Source of the DNA: Torpedo marmorata
Taxonomy: Eukaryota
NCBI GenBank assembly: GCA_977017645.1
Contig: OZ360223.1
Span: forward strand, 84,940,001 to 85,004,000
Reading direction: 5' to 3'
Length of the DNA stretch: 64,000 nt
A program made the position numbers and the translations under genes. The notes beneath the pieces are model-generated. The model saw only the letters and a program-made list of their open reading frames with translations. It had not been told where the DNA came from and made no database searches. Each line of letters starts with the position of its first letter. Positions within the stretch are counted from its first letter, which is position 1. Below are positions 60,916-64,000 of the stretch, piece by piece.

Positions 60916-63050
60916 CTACAGATCCACATCATGCCCTTCTGATGGGAAGGGAGGATCATATCCTTGCGGGAATGGTCGCATCTGCAAACACGCTTCTTCA
61001 TTATAAGGTTCCTGCATGCGACTACAATTTTTTATTCTGTTCCTATTAATGCGCACATGTTCCTTGAGCTGAGCTACAAGTGTCATTGCAGTATTTATCA
61101 AGTGCTTTACCCTAAGCCATAATACGCAAGTCACAACTAAAAGCATCAGAATAAAGATCCCCACTACCACTATAGGATGTATTGCTAATTTAAGGACGGC
61201 CGAGGCTTTTGGGGACCACCCCTTGAAAATGTCCCACCAATGGTGCACCGTGAGTGAGGTCACCTGATCCGATATTCGAATCAGTTGACCCTCCTTGTAG
61301 CTCATTTCCACTGTCATTTGTCGGAGGTTACGTCCTCTCTGAGCCAAGGCATTGGTTATCTCCTGTCCATTCTTAATAAGAGTGTGTAATTTGTTAAGAC
61401 TGATGACTGGGGGCAAGAGCTCAATATGATGAACACTCATATTTTTTCATGTGCTTCCACTGCCCCAAATGGTGGGTCCTATTGGTATGGGGGTCCAGAA
61501 TCATCCTTACTCCTTTATAACAATTATTTATGGGGGGCTTAAAAAGAACGCCATCCAAGTATACAGCCCACACACTAGATATGCAGACATGGCCCTCACC
61601 TATCTCCGAAATCACCATCTCATTGGAGAATTTCATCTCCCACTTACAAGTTCCTTCTGAGTGTCTCATGGTGCAAGGTTCAAAAATGGCCGTTCGGTAA
61701 GGGCACACTCTTCCAAAAGGCCACACAACACAGCCCTTTGGTGAGTGGGTTTGGTTTTTTTTATCCACCCATTCACCTCGAAACACAGGGTACCAAAACT
61801 TTCTTCCGAACAGATGGGGCAACACCCTAAACTTACACCACGTGCTAGCCCTCGTTTTGTCAGTCACCTCCATCGTGATATTACAACCCATACTATTGCA
61901 CCTGGTAAATCTTCGGCGGGGTCTAATGGTTAGATTAGCGGATTTCTCTGTCTTATTGAACCCCAACATGTGTTCCCACGTTGGGGCATGGAAGGTCAAT
62001 ACCTTCCTTTCTAATTCGGCTCGTAGCGACTGGAAAACCAACTCCTTCATCACACATAAAGTGAAATTATCCTCTTGTTCCTTTTGCATAGCTAATGCTA
62101 TTTCCTTTTCTACTTCCTCATTATGTTGCAAGGTCATGGCATCCGTGAAGAGATCCTGTACCTGTGCTTTCTGAAGTCCCTCATCCCATGCATCTCGTAT
62201 CCGCATTCCTTCTCCTACCAATCCCCCCACAGTTTGTATTTTGTTCTGCAATACTTCTACATCCATTGAGTTCAACACTCCCATCCCTGTTCCTACACCT
62301 CCTAATATTGTTCCCAACACGTCTCGTCTCCGTCTACTCTTCACCTTCTCTTTTACCAGCTGCATCTCTATCTCTGTATTACTGCACCCCTTCCTTTCTC
62401 GAGTCCCATACTTAATCTGTATTGTTAGGTTTAGCACGTTCGGGGATTGCACCACCTGCTCACAAGTTGTGAGTATCCGTCTCAGATGTCCTAATTCCGT
62501 TTGCTCGGTCTCATTTTCCTTTATCATCCACCATATCCACCCGGAGTAGGGAGTTTTTCTTCCACTTATCGGGGTACTATTGGAGCACCCAACCCAGGTA
62601 GTTTCATTAATGGTAAAATTATATGAACTTTCAGCTCTTGTGTTCACATTTTCGTCTACCCATCCCCTCCTCAAACTATAAGTTGTTAACAGGGTCATAT
62701 TACTTTCGACCTTGCACCATATTGGCGTAATATTAAACGTCAAATCCAACTGTATACTTCCCCCACCTCGGCTAGTCGAGTAAAATACAAATTGACCTCT
62801 CCCTGTTCTTTTCCTACATTCCATCGGGCATCTAACCACTTCGATCCCTACCACACATCGTTGGCCAGCCGGGCATGTAAGATTTTCCTTGGGTCTGGTT
62901 ACTGTTGGTTGTCCTCCATTCTTTATAACTTCCTTTCTCAAAAGGGACAGGCCCTTTTGGTTCCACCACTTCCGCCGCTGAAGTCTGATGGGCGGGTGCC
63001 AAGAACAGACCCACCAAACTCAGAATCACAAACTCATTCATGTCAAGCAT
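60916..63050 (-). CDS. env: ERV envelope glycoprotein (~710 aa once two 1-nt frameshifts at ~62942 and ~61442 are corrected)
   Basis: Signal peptide MNEFVILSLVGLFLAPAHQTSA; RRRR furin site at 62324-62335; fusion peptide DVLGTILGGVGTGMGVLN; many NxS/T sites; HHWWDIF; TM IVVVGIFILMLLVVTCVLWL. Confidence 0.88.
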
Positions 63051-63079
63051 TTGACAAATTCAATCAGAAGGCTACAAAG

Positions 63080-64000
63080 TCAATCAAAATGGAAAATCTT
63101 GCATCGGGCGGCGTGTACCCAGTCCGGTCTTCCGTCTAGCTTTAATGCCGTCCGAGTTGTCAGCAACACTTGGTAGGGTCCTTTCCACCTAGGAGAGAGA
63201 TTATCCTTTATTAAAGCCTTCACTAATACCTGATCCCCCGGCTGGAAAGGATGCACTTCCCCACTGCTCATGGGAATCTGGTTTTGTTTCACCTGGTTAT
63301 GTATCCTGGCCGCAGCCTCACTCATAGCCTGAGCAAACCTTAAGGTATTATCATCATTCCAAATCAAAGCCACCTTTTCAGGGGCTAATGGTGGACTGAT
63401 TCCCGTAGGCATAGGTCGTCCCATGAGGACCTCGTGGGGGGTTAACCCTGTGCTGCGATTTCTTTGATTTCGCAACATATACATAACAACAGGTAAGGCC
63501 TCCGGCCACCTTAATCCCGTCTCATTGCATGTTTTGCTTAATGCTGTTTTAATTTCTCCATTCACTCTTTCCACTATTCCTGACGACTGGGGCTGATAGG
63601 GCAAATGCAACTTCCACTGGAATCCCATTGCCTGCGCAAGGGCCCCTACTATCTTGCCAGTGAAATGTGTTCCCCTGTCGCTATTAAATCCCATCGGTAT
63701 TCCATATCTAGGTATCAGCTCTTTCAATAATATTTTTACCACTGTCCTAGCATCGTCCTTTTTCGTCGGGTATGCCTCTACCCACCTGGTAAACATGTCC
63801 ACTACTACTAACAAATACTTGTACCCTGTGGCTGGGGTCATATGTACAAAATCAATTTGTAAATTTTCAAACGGGGTGCTCGGCATGGGTAAGTGATCAT
63901 ATTTTGCAGGTGTTTTTCCTCTATTATTTTTCTGGCATATTAAACAGGTTCTTACTACTTTATCAATAACAACAGTGATGCCTGGCGCATACCACTGCGT
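63080..64000 (-). CDS. pol: ERV pol C-terminus: integrase, open to the window edge
   Basis: CLIC zinc finger, LQIDF, WVEAYP, SDRGTHF, PQSSGIVERVN, PGDQVLVK..PRWKGPYQVLLTT..WVHAARCK (class I, epsilon/gamma-like). Confidence 0.95.
   Translation of the reverse strand, partial: TQWYAPGITVVIDKVVRTCLICQKNNRGKTPAKYDHLPMPSTPFENLQIDFVHMTPATGYKYLLVVVDMFTRWVEAYPTKKDDARTVVKILLKELIPRYGIPMGFNSDRGTHFTGKIVGALAQAMGFQWKLHLPYQPQSSGIVERVNGEIKTALSKTCNETGLRWPEALPVVMYMLRNQRNRSTGLTPHEVLMGRPMPTGISPPLAPEKVALIWNDDNTLRFAQAMSEAAARIHNQVKQNQIPMSSGEVHPFQPGDQVLVKALIKDNLSPRWKGPYQVLLTTRTALKLDGRPDWVHAARCKIFHFD

Larger units (their letters stand above)
60431..64000 (-). mobile_element. Endogenous retrovirus, 3' half (IN, env, PPT, 3' LTR)
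   Basis: Retroviral integrase, env with signal peptide/furin site/TM, PPT, TG..CA LTR. Confidence 0.93.

Noticed and set aside
62940-62950. Programmed -1 frameshift at C CCU UUU in env
   Set aside because: The -1 frame hits TGA immediately; the downstream ORF is in the +1 frame.

Overview
Eukaryotic, repeat-saturated DNA with no host exon I can support. The repeat set (V-SINE/HE1-like SINEs, CR1, Rex1/Babar, fish-type L1, Penelope-like elements) suggests a cartilaginous fish; this is an inference. Main contents: (1) a TA-flanked DD35D pogo/Passer-type DNA transposon whose transposase is broken only by a 91-bp Penelope-end insertion; (2) several L1 copies with target-site duplications (TSDs); (3) many Penelope-like element (PLE) pieces, most carrying a minimal hammerhead-ribozyme motif, including tiny solo and hairpin insertions with their own TSDs; (4) many Rex1/Babar LINEs, one nearly full length; (5) hAT MITEs and a deleted Charlie element; (6) a 25-bp minisatellite; (7) a Gmr1-type Gypsy element (integrase before RT) with both LTRs, a tRNA-Pro PBS and nested insertions; (8) the 3' half of an endogenous retrovirus. 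The ERV pairs an epsilon/gamma-like integrase with an atypical, fusion(F)-protein-like env that lacks the ISD/CX6CC motif. The strongest leads are this env and the ribozyme-bearing mini-PLEs. All calls are from reading the sequence; no database search was run.
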